A stretch of 57,933 nucleotides of DNA, the filler included, from Squatina squatina (lineage: Eukaryota): NCBI GenBank assembly GCA_031763465.1. It is 4 parts of 3 records of this genome, joined end to end, with 100 filler letters (N's around TTAATTAATTAA, not from the genome) between each part and the next. Parts side by side here need not be neighbours in the genome. Positions count along the whole stretch, not along the records: positions 12,962 to 26,461 come from JARFOE010000056.1; positions 26,562 to 42,223 come from JARFOE010000013.1; 2 more parts are not named here. One strand, written 5' to 3'. The notes beneath the pieces were generated by a model. The model was not told where the DNA came from. It searched no databases and worked only from the letters and a program-made list of their open reading frames with translations. The translations under genes were made by a program, and so were the position numbers. Positions within the stretch are counted from its first letter, which is position 1. Each line of letters starts with the position of its first letter. Below are positions 22,871 to 36,163 of the stretch, one piece after another.

Positions 22871-24244
22871 CTGAGCATCGCAGCTCATCATCCATGTTAA
22901 ATCTGGCCATTCCAGGTTGAAATAAAAATGGATGTCTCTGGATGTAGCAGAATAGTAGCAAGAGGGACAAGATTTTCAGACTTAGTTTGGAACCTTCTGG
23001 GTAGGGTGACCAGATTTTCAGAAGTTAAAACCAGGACAAAGCTAATGTTCTGCTTCTGGTAGGCAGCAAACCACCTAGGGCACCGCTATCTTGGAATCCC
23101 ATCAGTCACCACGCCGAGTNNNNNNNNNNNNNNNNNNNNNNNNNNNNNNNNNNNNNNNNNNNNNNNNNNNNNNNNNNNNNNNNNNNNNNNNNNNNNNNNN
23201 NNNNNNNNNNNNNNNNNNNTGGATTTGTTACAAGTAAAAATGTGGAGAGATATTTATCACTGATCCAGCACTGTGCTCCCTGCACTATGTAGGGGAGCGA
23301 ACAAAGAAACTTGGTTTAACAGAAGTTTATCACTTCACAACTGTGCTAGTTTTTTTAAAAAAGAAGACTTCAGTGCAGGTGAAGAGAGCCAGCTCCCATT
23401 TCAACCCCTCAGCAGGAAAGAAACAGCATCTGCCAGCTGTGTCAACAGAGGGAGCCTGTGAAACCGTAGGAGAGTGCACCTTTTGTACAGAAACCAAAAG
23501 AGCCATTCAACAGAGCTGGTAATATCGATTTGTTTTTCTATGCAACAAATGGCCCAAAGTGTGTGATTGCTGACAGTTCAGGTAAAGCATTAACAAAATA
23601 CAGCTTGACTTGCATCAAATCCTTTCAAACAGGAAAGGCACAGAAGGTTTTCTACTGATGNNNNNNNNNNGATGACAAACCAGGCAGTACTTGTTCAGAA
23701 GCAAAGATGTATAGCAAGCTAAGGGAACACGTCCCTTTCATTTTTTTGTGTGTGTGGGGAACACAGGGATCGCTGTGCTCCCAGTATTTCTGATTGAATA
23801 TTACTACATTATACATGGAATCTCATGCAGTATTAATTAGCAAATGAATTCAATGGGGAGCACTGTATTCTGAGTGTGTTGATGCACCTGTTTCCTGAAT
23901 ATTCGGCATCAATCGTTTTTGAATGACTGAGGGTTGAGAAGAGACCTTTTAGAAGTAACCAAGCTATTAAATGGTATAGAAAATATAAACCGTAGCAAAC
24001 CTAGACAGCAGAAAGAAGGGACACAGGTACAACCTGGAAAAAAAAGCAAATTTATAACTAATATCACAAAACTCTTCTTAACACAAAGGGTGATAAATGA
24101 TTGGAATGGATTTCCTGAAAGTAGGAACCTTGGAATCATTTAGATGTTGAGATGGATGGGCTAAGACAAAGGGTCGAATGGCACTGCTTCATCCGCACTT
24201 ATCCCGAGCCCTTGTGCTTTTTATGCATTAACATCTTCAAGGTG

Positions 24245-24535
24245 AGGTCGTGGCTCAGTTGGTAAATCCATTGAACCGAACAGAGCAGCAAAATCTCAGC
24301 TTCAATCACTGACCTGTGCTGATTTAGCCAATCTCATGCAGGGTCAGTGTGGTGGTGTTACAATTGGTCTTAGCATCCTGCGTGCAGTTAGGGAGAGAGA
24401 AAAGTCAGCCTGGCTTCTATTCCTGATTGCTGTCTTCTGCTAGAATTATATTGTGTGCAGGCATTGGATGAGGGATTGGATCAGGCTTGATGGTGAAACC
24501 TCACTGCAGTTCAATAGCCTGCCAGCACTGTCCAT
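24245..24535 (+). mobile_element. Old tRNA-head SINE (unnamed family)
   Basis: A box gtggctcagttgg; body ctgtgctgatttagccaatctca recurs at about 30420, 44645 and (minus) 18460. Confidence 0.55.
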
Positions 24536-24554
24536 TGAAAAATGGCGATGTACT

Positions 24555-24865
24555 ACTCCACTTCTGGCCTCTTGCGAACCCCCCCAGTTTTAATCACTCC
24601 ACCATTGGTGGCCATGCCTCTAGCTGACAGGCCCTTAAGCTCTGGAATTCCCTCACTAAGCCTCTCCACCTCTCTACCTCTCTTTCCTCCATTAAGATGC
24701 TCCTTAAAACCTACCTCTTTGGCCAAGCTTTTGGTCATCTGCCCTAATTTCTCCTTATGTAACTCGGTGTCAAATTTTGTTTTATAACACTCATGTGACG
24801 CGCCTTGGGGTGTTTTACTATGTTAAAGGTGCTATATAAATCTAAATATAAGAAGTTGTTGTTAT
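24555..24865 (+). mobile_element. L2 3' end
   Basis: ctctggaattccctc...ccttaaaacctacctctttggccaagcttttggtca...aaggtgctatataaat...gttgttgtt. Confidence 0.75.
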
Positions 24866-25627
24866 TCTTGAGTGGGCAGCTCCATCAGCAATGCTGTGGA
24901 ACCCACCATGACTCATGACAAATCTGACAGCTTCCATCACAGCAGAAACTCCTGCCGACGGCTGCTATTTTGGCTTTGAGGGCCACTGTTGAAAGCGGCT
25001 TCCAGGGCGTCACATCGCTCCAACACTTTGTTCTACAGCAGAGCTCTATGAGAGCTGAGGCACTGTCCCAGGAGAGTGAACTTGGCTCCATAAGAGAGGC
25101 ATTTGCTATCCTCTCTTAGGATGACAGCATGCCTGCTCGCCTTCCAACTACTCCGTCAGAGCCTTGCTGGGTCACACTGCTGCAGCCCAAGGCAAAGATA
25201 CTGCAGTCTGCAGCTGGGCCCTCTAGGCCCAGAGATGCTTGAGGTCGTCTTCTAAGGCCATCTGAGGTGTCTTCAATGGAAGCTCAGCGGCCTTCTTCCT
25301 CCCAAGCTGTAGCCTTTGGGGGAATACCTCATAGGAGATCTAGGGAAAGGAACACACAAGACAGGCACTAAGCGCATGTCATTTTGTTTGTAAATGATGA
25401 CATGNNNNNNNNNNNNNNNNNNNNNNNNNNNNNNNNNNNNNNNNNNNNNNNNNNNNNNNNNNNNNNNNNNNNNNNNNNNNNNNNNNNNNNNNNNNNNNNN
25501 NNNNACCCTCTGTTATTGATAACTAGTAGTGAATGGGGGCAGTTAGGGATAATGGGCTCAACTTCATTGGAAACTCTTACAGAGAAGTGTTTCTAGTCCT
25601 TCCATAACAGAATCATGTCTCACTCAC

Positions 25628-26461
25628 CTTTGATCTTGTTAGCATGAAGATACAGGTTTTCCAAGTTCTCGTTGACAGGAGGAATCGTCTGCAGTTTATT
25701 ATGAGAGAGATCCAGCTCAATTAAACTGGACACATTAAATGTGTTTAAGGGTATCCCTTTATCTGTCAGATCATTGTTTGAGATCCTCGCATACTGAAGT
25801 TTTGGAAATTGCCTGAAGTACTCACTAGGTATTGTGCTGATGTGATTGAAATCCAGGTACAGCTGATGAAGGGAGTCTGGAAGTCCATCAGGGAGCTTTT
25901 TTAAATGGTTGTTGCTGAGGTCCAGATGAGCTAAAGACTTTAAAGCTTTGAGAGACCCTCCAATATCTTCCAGCTGGTTGTCGTTCAGCAATAGCATAGT
26001 TAGGTTGTCAAGCCCCTCCAATACATTGGGTTGGACCTTTGAAATCTTGTTTTCTCCAACTCTCAGTTCCCTCAGTGACCTTGGCAAAGGAGAGGGAATA
26101 CTGGTCAGGTTGTTATGGCCCAAGTATATTCTCTCGAGGTTTTTAAGCTTGGAGAATACCTTCTTATCTATCTTTTCACTGGAGATTTTATTCCAACAGA
26201 GGACAACCCAGACGAGGCCAGTGGCATTGTCAAATACGCCATCTGGCACAGCCTCAATCTGGTTGTTCTGTAGGTAAACGTACTTCATCCGGGCTGGCAC
26301 ATTGGGGATATATTTTAATTTACGGGTGTCACAGTACATAGCTGTGGGAAACACAGGAGGGCACGTACATTCGGCAGGGCAATCGGTTGCCAATGGAGGC
26401 GCAGGTTCAGTCTTAAAATATGGATTACTGTATGAGCGAGAGTATCCCATAATACGAGAGA
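25628..26461 (-). CDS. FMOD: Fibromodulin (class II small leucine-rich proteoglycan), large coding exon, 5'-truncated by the spacer
   Basis: CPAECTCPPVFPTAMYC is the class II CX3CXCX9C cluster; MKYVYLQNNQI..VFDNATGL, LPRSLREL and PPVNENLENLYL match fibromodulin; about 10 LRRs; donor G|GTGAGT at 25627; frame open to the spacer; terminal exon not seen. Confidence 0.9.
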
Positions 26462-26561
26462 NNNNNNNNNNNNNNNNNNNNNNNNNNNNNNNNNNNNNNN
26501 NNNNNTTAATTAATTAANNNNNNNNNNNNNNNNNNNNNNNNNNNNNNNNNNNNNNNNNNNN
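26462..26561. other. Artificial contig-joining spacer
   Basis: N44-TTAATTAATTAA-N44. Confidence 0.95.
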
Positions 26562-26734
26562 TACTCCACTGCACTATGTGTGTAGACAGGGACTAACAGA
26601 TTCTGTGGATAAAATGTTGGCCTTAAAAGCATCTCTTCATTTGAAAACAATGGACAAGAAATCATCACTGCATTTTGCAGCAGGGTAGGGAATCTTGCAT
26701 TTTCAATTCATCCGTTTGATTGTCAAGATTTGGG

Positions 26735-28560
26735 GGGAGAAATGTACCTCCTGTTAGTGCCTTGAGGGGATGATAACGGGGCACTCAGGAGTTAGTGGCT
26801 GGGTGCGGCGAATTCAGCGACGCCCGAGAACTTCAATGCTGGTTTAGCGCTGGCGCTAACACTTACCACCTGGTAGTGCCTCACAGATCATGACGTCATA
26901 AAGTGCGCAGTGCCCCATTACTGCCCCAGATGTGAAATTGCCTCCCGCCCCCTGTTGTATCGTCGGGCATCAACAACGGCAGTAAGAGGAGGCGGTGTCA
27001 CCTCGGCTGGCCGCTTGGGGAGCGCTAATTAAAGGCAGTGGTTTTCAGGTAGGTCAAATTTTATTCTTTACACCAGTCTGTGCCTGCTGAAAGTTTTTGA
27101 TGCTCCATTGCTGCAAGATGTCCAAGNNNNNNNNNNNNNNNNNNNNNNNNNNNNNNNNNNNNNNNNNNNNNNNNNNNNNNNNNNNNNNNNNNNNNNNNNN
27201 NNNNNNNNNNNNNNNNNNNNNNNNNNGCCATACCAGGTTATTATGCTGAGTGTGCATGGCCTCCAGTCCCAGCATATCCAGCACTGCTTGCTCTCTCTCT
27301 CTACCAATGATCTGATGGCCACGTCCTCCATTAATAATGTGGGGGGACTTCCTCCTCCTGTTTTTGAGGTATCTCTCTGGTTCTGTTGAATGGTTTTTGA
27401 AGCAGTTTAGCATAGTGTGCACGAAGAAGGGAAGAAGCAGCATAGTGGTCAAGAGGGGCAAGTAGTTGTGAGAAAAGCAGGGGTGCAAATACAAGTGGAA
27501 GGAGGTGTAGCAGAGTATTCCATTGTGACTGGAGGAGAGGCTTTGGAAGAAGGATTGATAGTACTGAGGCTAAAAGAGGAGTCTCACCTTTCCAGTGCAG
27601 TGAATTACCTCCCTCCAGGTGAGTGAAGCAATACCATCCTCAGAATAATCAACTCAAAGGTGCACGTAACACACATAAAATTCTGCCGTGAGACATGCTC
27701 TTCTTTTTAACCCTTTGCATTTAGATTAGAAGAGGCTATGAAAACCTTTATTCATGGCTCCTCCGTGCAATGCCCAGTACTGGAGATGGTTGAACACCTC
27801 CCAGAAGCTTTCAAGGTAAGTTAATTTCTGTAATGATTTTAAGAAATGCAGTGTAAATGAATTAGACAACTTAGACTGTTTGTATTGAATTTAACCAATC
27901 ACTTCAGGTAATTTTGTTGCTGAGTAGCTGGTTTTGAGTCCCCGAAAGGCAGAATGTAGTTTTCTTCTAGAAGTACAGATTCTTTTTTGTTAATTAACAA
28001 AAAGCAAACTGAAAATTTTCAGAAGTATCTATATGCTTAATCTTTCCATTCCTTACAATATTCACAAGATTAGTAAGTTTAAGATTACTTGGGGGACAGG
28101 ATCCTGGCTTTACGCTAAGATTACACACAGCAGTGACCTCGGCCAATGACCTTGGTAGGTTATCCAGGATCAGTGGGTTGGTCACCCTATTTGAACGAGC
28201 TGAGTGGGCCCCTCAATCTCCAGAAGTATATCTCAGTCACCCACCTTTGTTCATACATAGTTTTGGGTGCTCCCTCGGAAACGCCAACCTGTGCCCAGCG
28301 GCCTATGTGACAAGCAGGCTGCTTGATTTGAATTCTTACCTCTTTGGCCATGTTACTTCTCCCAGCTGTATATTGGACTCCAGACTGACACCAGGCCAAT
28401 GTGAGGCTGAGGATGCAGGCATTCCCAGCGGAGGAAGTCCCCTCCCTTGGCCATGCCTATCCATGTCATTGGCAGATGAAGGCTCAACATCTAAACAAGC
28501 CCACAAGAAACTCCAGGGTCAGTCTGGGAGCTGGTATATCCAGGTTGTGGCAGTTCTACC
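26735..28560. mobile_element. Probable decayed PIF/Harbinger-related fragments
   Basis: GC-rich end with hairpin ttagcgc-tg-gcgctaa (26844-26859); minus-strand GGRGHQ..EQAVLDMLG (Myb/SANT-like) and LAEVTAVCNL..PGS (resembles HARBI1 VKVTVALNF.ASGS). Weak similarity from recall. Confidence 0.35.
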
Positions 28561-29996
28561 AGACTTTATAGGTTATAAGATATGAAAGAGTCATAGATTT
28601 GACCATGGGAATGTCTTCAGGGCTGCTCTCATTTATGTTTATAAGACCATAAGAAGTAGGAGCAGGAGTAGGCCATTTGGCCTGTCAAGCCCGCTCCGCC
28701 ATTCAATTGGATCATGGCTGATCCGACATTTCTCAAGTCCACCTTCCCGCCTTCTNNNNNNNNNNNNNNNNNNNNNNNNNNNNNNNNNNNNNNNNNNNNN
28801 NNNNNNNNNNNNNNNNNNNNNNNNNNNNNNNNNNNNNNNNNNNNNNNNNNNNNNNGATATATGATTCAACCAATAACCCATGACTGGAAATTTCCAGATA
28901 AAGATCTAGATCTGGCAGGCAGAGGCATCAACTACAGCAACAGCTGGAGAACTCACACAGAGACGTGTCAACATCTACATCAAAACTAATTTAACAGCTG
29001 ATAACAAAATAGACAACAGCAAACAATCCAGCTTTCACCAAGAGTGAGAAACCCTTCATAACTCACAAATTCCAACCTTGGTATCAGAATTAATTCATGA
29101 GTGGAATAAGCTTGGTATTCTACTGTCACTGTGCATTCTGATCATGCTCTGTGAGATTCTACGTGAAAAAAATCATAGGCCAGGAAATTCCTCCGAGCTG
29201 ATCCTGCTCTGTTGCCGTTACTTTGTCGGAAGCACAGGAGCAGCTCCCAAAGAGTTCCTGGCCATTTTGCTTGAAGTTCCCCCCGAAGGCCGCAGTAAAA
29301 CATTTTTCTGGTAAGCCTTCAGCTCCCACAGGAACCAATCTGCCTCTTGGGAAGGTAATTAATCCTTTCCTGATCTGGTGAAGATTTGGGGCCAGCAGGA
29401 GGCCTCAAAGGGGCTCACACCAGGTCTCAGCAAGTATGAGATCCACTCAGGTCTTTCAAGGGTGTAAGCAGAGCAATTTCTCTATGAAGCCCGTGACTCA
29501 TTCTGAAATGTGTTCTTGGCATGGGGAGGGGAATAAGCTTTTTCTATGGGCCTCCTGACACAAATTAAAAGATCTGCCCAATATACCAGGCCCCCCTCCC
29601 CACCCACTAATTTTGAGGCCTCGGAGTGACAAGGCACTGCTCTGTCTGAGCAGGGCAAACTGGATCAACTGGGGCAAGTGTCACTGATGTGCCCTTCCAG
29701 GCACTGCCAGCCAACCCCAGATGTGCAAATGACCCTGCCACAAGTTCTGGAGTCGCAGGTAGTAGTGCTTCCCCAGATGCTTTTAGTACGACAATGTTGC
29801 AGAACTTACAAGAGCTGATTGGGACTATTCTGATTGAGACAACACTGACCAGTAAGCCCTCTGAGCCTGTTCTCTGCACCAGCGGGCTGCAAGGAGTAGA
29901 CACAGATGTCACACTCTCTCTGGAGAGTGGTTGTGAGCCAACATCTTTAATACCCAATCCAATATCATGAGGCAGCTCCAATCATGGAGCTGGCAT

Positions 29997-30131
29997 CAAT
30001 GTTCCCCCTAATTTTATTTTGGATGCATGGTCCCTTTATCGGGCTGAGCAGCCCATTCAAAGTTTCACACATGCACAAAATTTAACTTTTAAAAAGCCGG
30101 TCCTGGGCTACGCAGCTTAGAGGGAACACTG
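29997..30131. mobile_element. 135-bp MITE with hAT-like terminal inverted repeats
   Basis: caatgttccccctaa (29997-30011) and ttagagggaacactg (30117-30131), 13/15 complementary; no target-site duplication visible. Confidence 0.6.
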
Positions 30132-31329
30132 TTTGCGACATTGGTGTTTTCTGCAGTTGGGTACCTTGCTAGTCAAGTCGGGGCATCTCAAGGCAGGGGC
30201 TTGGGGCCATTAGAGTGGCCCTAGTTACACTGCAGGCTCCATTTGTTTTGTTAAAGCAGTGCACTCCAGGAATGGCCCGTGTGCCGGCACAGAACCACTG
30301 ACCCTCAAACCAGGTGTACGTATGGAATAACATAGCCGATGGATTATTCAGTGAATGCACTGCCTATTTATGGTATTGACCGGTGCAGACTAGGCAGGTT
30401 CCAATGCTACTCCCCAGTCTGTGCTGACTTGGCTGATCTTAGCCTGGGTGCTATTCGGGGAAGCGAAATTACCATCCAAAATCATCATGGTCTCCCGGAG
30501 GAGCCTGTTTGATCATCTTCGGTGCTCAAAGGGGAACTTCACAAGTTTTCTCCTCTAAATTGGAATATAGTTTTTTTTGCCTCTACGGAGGAGACTGCGA
30601 GGCTGCTGAGGGTCACAGATGGGAGATTGTGCTGTGCAGATGCTGCATGGTGACAATACAGGACAGACTTGATGGATCAGCTCGACTTTTACTGGTCTAT
30701 CCAGTGGCCCTGTTGGAAAGGACATGTGTGGAGAACAATATGTGGATTCGGTGCAACGTTTTTTCTGACAGTCACTGTCCTGTCTCATACTGGAGGTGTG
30801 GTCAGTAGTGCAAGGTACCGGAAGACTGGTCATGGACTTCAAGCAGCACCTTCAGGAAAGACATGGTGTTGGGTGGGGAGGAGGGCGACTTTGACCTTTC
30901 ACTTCAGAGGCAGCTCAGATTGAAGGGGAAAGTCTCCTCTTCCTCCATTGGCTCTAAAAGACCCCGTGAATGAGTTTTGCCATTTTTAGTGGGCATGTGA
31001 CTACACAAAACCGGGCGCGGTAGAGTAGAGACTTGGTGCACGAACGTGTATTTGCGGTACAGTTCTGAACGATCTGGCATGTATGGAGGGTGAAGGACGG
31101 GAGGCCGGCCATGGGAGCATGAGTCTGGAGGTGATAAAAGCACATATAAAGGAATTCAGTGGCAGAGACAGTGGTTTTGGCAGAGGTGAGAATAAGCAGT
31201 CTTGGTGATGGAGGATACGGTGTCTGAAATGCCACTCAAGGTCAAGTAGGATGCCAAGGTTACAGGGGCATAAACCCGTTTAAAATAAATGCATTAACAC
31301 CTCTTAAAATAGCGGGCAGTGGAATTTCA

Positions 31330-31720
31330 CATGATTGGATTAATAATCCAGATGCCTGTATTAATAATCAAGAGAACGCAAGTTCAAATTCCACCATGGC
31401 CATTTAAGAAAATTGAGTTCATTTTAAAAATCTGAAACGAAAAGGCCGGCATCAGTAAAAGTGACCATGAAGCTGTCGGATTGTCGTAAAAACCCAGCTG
31501 GTTCACTGATGTCCTTCAGGGAAGGAAATTTGCCGTTCTTACCGGGCCTGGTCTACATGTAACTCCAGTCCCACACCAATGTGTTTGACTCTTAACTCCC
31601 TTCTGAAGTGGCCTAGCAAACCAACCAGTGGCATCAAACAGGTGAAAGCTCACCATCACCTTCTCAGAGCAACTAACGATAGACAATAAATACCAGCAAT
31701 GCCGCATCCCCAGAATGATT
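31330..31720 (+). mobile_element. tRNA-head SINE, same family as 765-1160
   Basis: agttcaaattccaccatggc...gtaaaaacccagctggttcactgatgtccttcagggaaggaaa...caccttctcagagcaacta. Confidence 0.7.
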
Positions 31721-34700
31721 TTTTTTTAAATACTGTGCATCCCTTTTAAATGTGNNNNNNNNNNNNNNNNNNNNNNNNNNNNNNNNNNNNNNNNNNNNNN
31801 NNNNNNNNNNNNNNNNNNNNNNNNNNNNNNNNNNNNNNNNNNNNNNNNNNNNNNAGAGTCAATCAACAAGTGATCAAAATGTTCTTAAAATGTATTTCTT
31901 ACGTAGCTTGTAATCGTAAGGACTATTGGACGAAACTGTCATACATGGACCTTCACAATGTAATGGCGTAGGTCGACAATATGATTCTGGGCCAACCCAA
32001 GGAGCTCAGAACTCCTGTCAGAACAATAAGCCTCTCTTAACGATACAGCTGGCTGACTCTTTTTTTGAAGAAAAAATCTCAGTATTATCCTATCCAAAAT
32101 TAAATGACATAAAAAGGGGGAAAATCTTGGGATTTGCGCAAGGTATATGGACAACTTTAACTTAATATAATATAGATTAAAAAGCTGTAACCTAGTCATG
32201 GGGAGCAAATAATGCTGTATCTTGGTCTTTATGATTTGTGATACCATTTGAGTCCATCAGTGACACCATAGCCTTGCAATTCAGTCCTGGCTTTTCATTG
32301 TTCTAAATAGCTTTCAATATTAGAAATTAAAATAAAATGGAGGAATATTAAAAGTTTTAAAATTATTATGAATTCGAATTTATTTTTTAAGCTGTATGTC
32401 ATGGTTTACAGTTTCCATTTTCAGTGAAAGATATGGTCACAGTTAATGGTTACAGAAAGAAAATAAACTGCATGATTTTAACCTTGGCAAATCTTTAGAT
32501 ATCATACTACCATAAATATGTTCAAGTTCCACGTTATAAAGATTAAGCCATATTCCTTCTGTAAATGAGCCTGCACACATGTCATCTTGTTAGAGAAATA
32601 TGGGAATCTACTTTGACACAGAAAATATAAAAGCAGCATAACATCATCTAATTCGAAAATCTGATCTCATGTTAGCTTTTTCCCAGGAATATTTCCCTAC
32701 ATTCATTAACATGTGTAGACAAAATTCCACACAGCATGCACCTGCAAACTGGTTAGTTTTCGACACTGGCTCCTTATACAAATGACGCATTCAGTAAGTT
32801 TCTCAGAGACCACCATCTGTCAGGAGTTGACATGTGCATCAGGATGTTACAGCCCTCAGTTCTCCACAACATAGCCTTTATTTTACCCTTGGGTAAACAC
32901 TAGTAATGGGCAAATAATTCAGGATTGGATTTGCCACAACTACCAGCCAAGTTGTGACTGCAGAATTGTACCACATCTGAAAGATTCTTACTTTGGGAGT
33001 ATACACCAGTGTTTGATTAAAACATGGCAGGGAAAAAGTATTCAAAACAAAATGCAAAAAAAACCCCAGGTCATTCCTGAAACATTAACCAATCTTTTCC
33101 TTTTCAAATGCTGACTGACTGACCTGCAATGAGGTTCCGGGGCTGGGAATCTTGAGAAAAGAAAATTATAGAAATGTGATAGTGATCACACTATTGATAC
33201 ATTCCAGCTGATAGCTTCTACATGTGTGCCATTAATAAAATNNNNNNNNNNNNNNNNNNNNNNNNNNNNNNNNNNNNNNNNNNNNNNNNNNNNNNNNNNN
33301 NNNNNNNNNNNNNNNNNNNNNNNNNNNNNNNNNNNNNNNNNTGAAAACATGATGACATTATCATTCCACACCAATACCAGTCTCCACTTGTTCTTTCAAG
33401 TTTGCATTCACTTTTTTCTCAATGCTGACTTCTGGAGAAGGTGCCATTTATGTTACAGTTGGTACGCCATTGTTACCAGTTTTCTTATTTGTATTTGCTC
33501 TGAACTGATTTCTTTCAACATCCCATGGAAGGAGGTTCTAAAAGAAAAGTGCATTAAGCAACCATTGCTATTTTTTTCTAGTAGCGAGAGGTCTGCTACA
33601 CACAAGACTGCAGATCCAATTACATGCGTACTTACGTAGTTAAACGTTGCTGGCTCATTACTGTTAATTTTACAGAAACAAAATATTCTATAAAAAATAT
33701 TGCTATAAATCAGTCTGAAATATTTAGCCATAATCTCCAGAGAGGTTGCTATAAAGCTGTATAATTTATTGCATGCACATTAAAAGGTGTATATAAATGG
33801 TAGTCAAAATAAATTTATGAATTTTTATTATATATATGTATATTACCTGTACAACTAAAAACAGCATTAAGTCATAGTATTTTGCCATAATTCAATATAT
33901 GTCAAGGTGGGAGGTCAAAGTTTATAGGTCTGGCTGTAGATGGAGATTAGTGATAAAGTTGCTTTCAGTAGGGAACAGTGTTACAGAAATAGTGCGCATA
34001 ATAGGTGAAATGGGNNNNNNNNNNNNNNNNNNNNNNNNNNNNNNNNNNNNNNNNNNNNNNNNNNNNNNNNNNNNNNNNNNNNNNNNNNNNNNNNNNNNNN
34101 NNNNNNNNNNNNNNTACGCCAGTTGCCTGAATTATTCAGCACTTCAGCCTTCTTTGCTTTGTTAGTAGCAAAACAAATCAAATGTCAGTATCACTTCAGT
34201 TCCAGATCCTATTGCACACACACACACACAAACGGTATGTGGGTTCGTGCTTTGGTACAAATATCTCTTTTCCAAAGAGTTTAGAAGGTGCACATCCGTT
34301 GACAATCTTATTAGTCAAGATCTGCAAACATATTTGCACAGTTAGCACCAATCATATTAGGTGTACAATATACATATTACACATGTAGCTCAACCAGAGA
34401 GTTGCTATTTACAGATTGTTAATATTTTTAGACTAGGAAATACTAATGGTCTGACACCGGAAATAAGAATACCAAGTGGATAAAACATTCTCCAAAATGT
34501 TAATGTTATATTTTTAAGAGTATATTTGATCTGAACTTGTATACTTGTACAAGTAATAGTAGAAAAATAAAATTTTTGGAGTATATTTGCCATTCATTTC
34601 CCTTTTACCCCTCAATAAACATTCACATATCAAGTATGAAAGGCGATTGATGACAGAATGGCATTAGATGGGCTGGCCTGGGATGGTCTGGTTTTCAAAC

Positions 34701-35924
34701 ATCAGGACTGTCGAGAAACTGTTTGCCACAGTAACACTCATTAACAAGGAGAGTCCACGTCAACCACAACATGGGAAGCAACAGCTAATCAATATAAACT
34801 GGTAAATGCAAACTGACAGGCTGGCATGTTTAATGTTAACAATTTAGCATGAAAACAACTATAACCAGCACTAAAATATTGTTTAAACACAGCTGTGTCA
34901 TCTTTAAAATTCTTACTCAGAACTTTAGCACTTTTAACTCTTGAAGTTGANNNNNNNNNNNNNNNNNNNNNNNNNNNNNNNNNNNNNNNNNNNNNNNNNN
35001 NNNNNNNNNNNNNNNNNNNNNNNNNNNNNNNNNNNNNNNNNNNNNNNNNNATAAATATTGTTGTGGTTCAATTTCAGTGCTGTTCCCCTAATGGTGGTCA
35101 TATCATACCAACGTAGAAAGTGGCGATCTGTGTGGGGGCTCAAGGAGTTAGACGCACATCATTTGGGCCTCACACCAATTGTTGTGTAACTAAGACCAGT
35201 GCCAAGCCATCTTTTTTAAACATGAAGAAAATGTTTCCGTCTGCCTTCAAATCTTTAATATTAGTTGAGCCAGCAGGACAATAGAACTCTTAATATGTGC
35301 AGATCTCTGCTTTGCCTGAACAGAGAACGGTGTTGAATTTGCAGTGTAGCGTTGTCAGTTCTGCAGGCACAGATGCTAACTGGGACCCGAGTAAAAGAGC
35401 AACATTAAATTCTGATGCTGATTCTACAGGATGGGTTATATATGCATGTTATTTGGATTTCATGGTGTATGACACATCAATTTATCTGAATTACAAAACT
35501 GCAAGATTTAGGTTCTAGCAATTTGTAAGTTTACTGTTTGCTGTTTTAAATAAACTCTCAGCTAATACTCATCTATCAGAGTCATTGTCTGGGCAGCAGA
35601 GCAAAGGCCAAGATTCCTTTGCAGCAACACTTGTTCCAGATTACTTTTTTTCTACAGCTATTTACAAAACAAAAGATTGAAGGCATGCAACAGTATTTCA
35701 AACAGGTTCAAATTTGATTGATTTCTGTAGCCAGAAATCATTTGATAGTAGCCAATTTAATTTTCCACCAGTAACACTGATTGAAGTCACATTCAAAGTG
35801 ACCGAATGAAATAATAGTATCAAAGCTAATTATTTGAATGTCAACGTATTGGTTTGCATTGCTAGTGACTCAAATTCAGATGATTAAAACTGAAAAATGT
35901 GCTAATATTTCACTAGCCAGCTAG

Positions 35925-36163
35925 CCAACAACAACAATAACAATAACAACTTGATTTATATAGCGCCTTTAATGTAGTCAAATGTCCCAAGGCGCTTCAC
36001 AGGAGTAGTTATTTGACACCTAGCCACATAAGGAGATATTCGTGCAGATGACCAAAAGCTTGGTCAAAGAGGTCAGTTTTCTGGAGCGTCTTGAAGGAGG
36101 AAAGAGAGTAAGAGACGTGGAGAGGTGTAGGCAGGGAATTCCAGGGCTTAGGTCCTAGGCAAC
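35925..36163 (-). mobile_element. L2 3' end with (AAC)n tail
   Basis: caacaacaacaataacaataacaacttgatttatatagcgcctttaatgtag...; reverse complement of the 24640-24865 family. Confidence 0.75.

Noticed and set aside
23002-23040. tagggtgaccagat, resembling a hAT-Blackjack terminal repeat
   Set aside because: Only one end is visible before a gap; too short to call an element.
25948-26277. 109-aa plus-strand ORF
   Set aside because: Antisense shadow of the FMOD exon.
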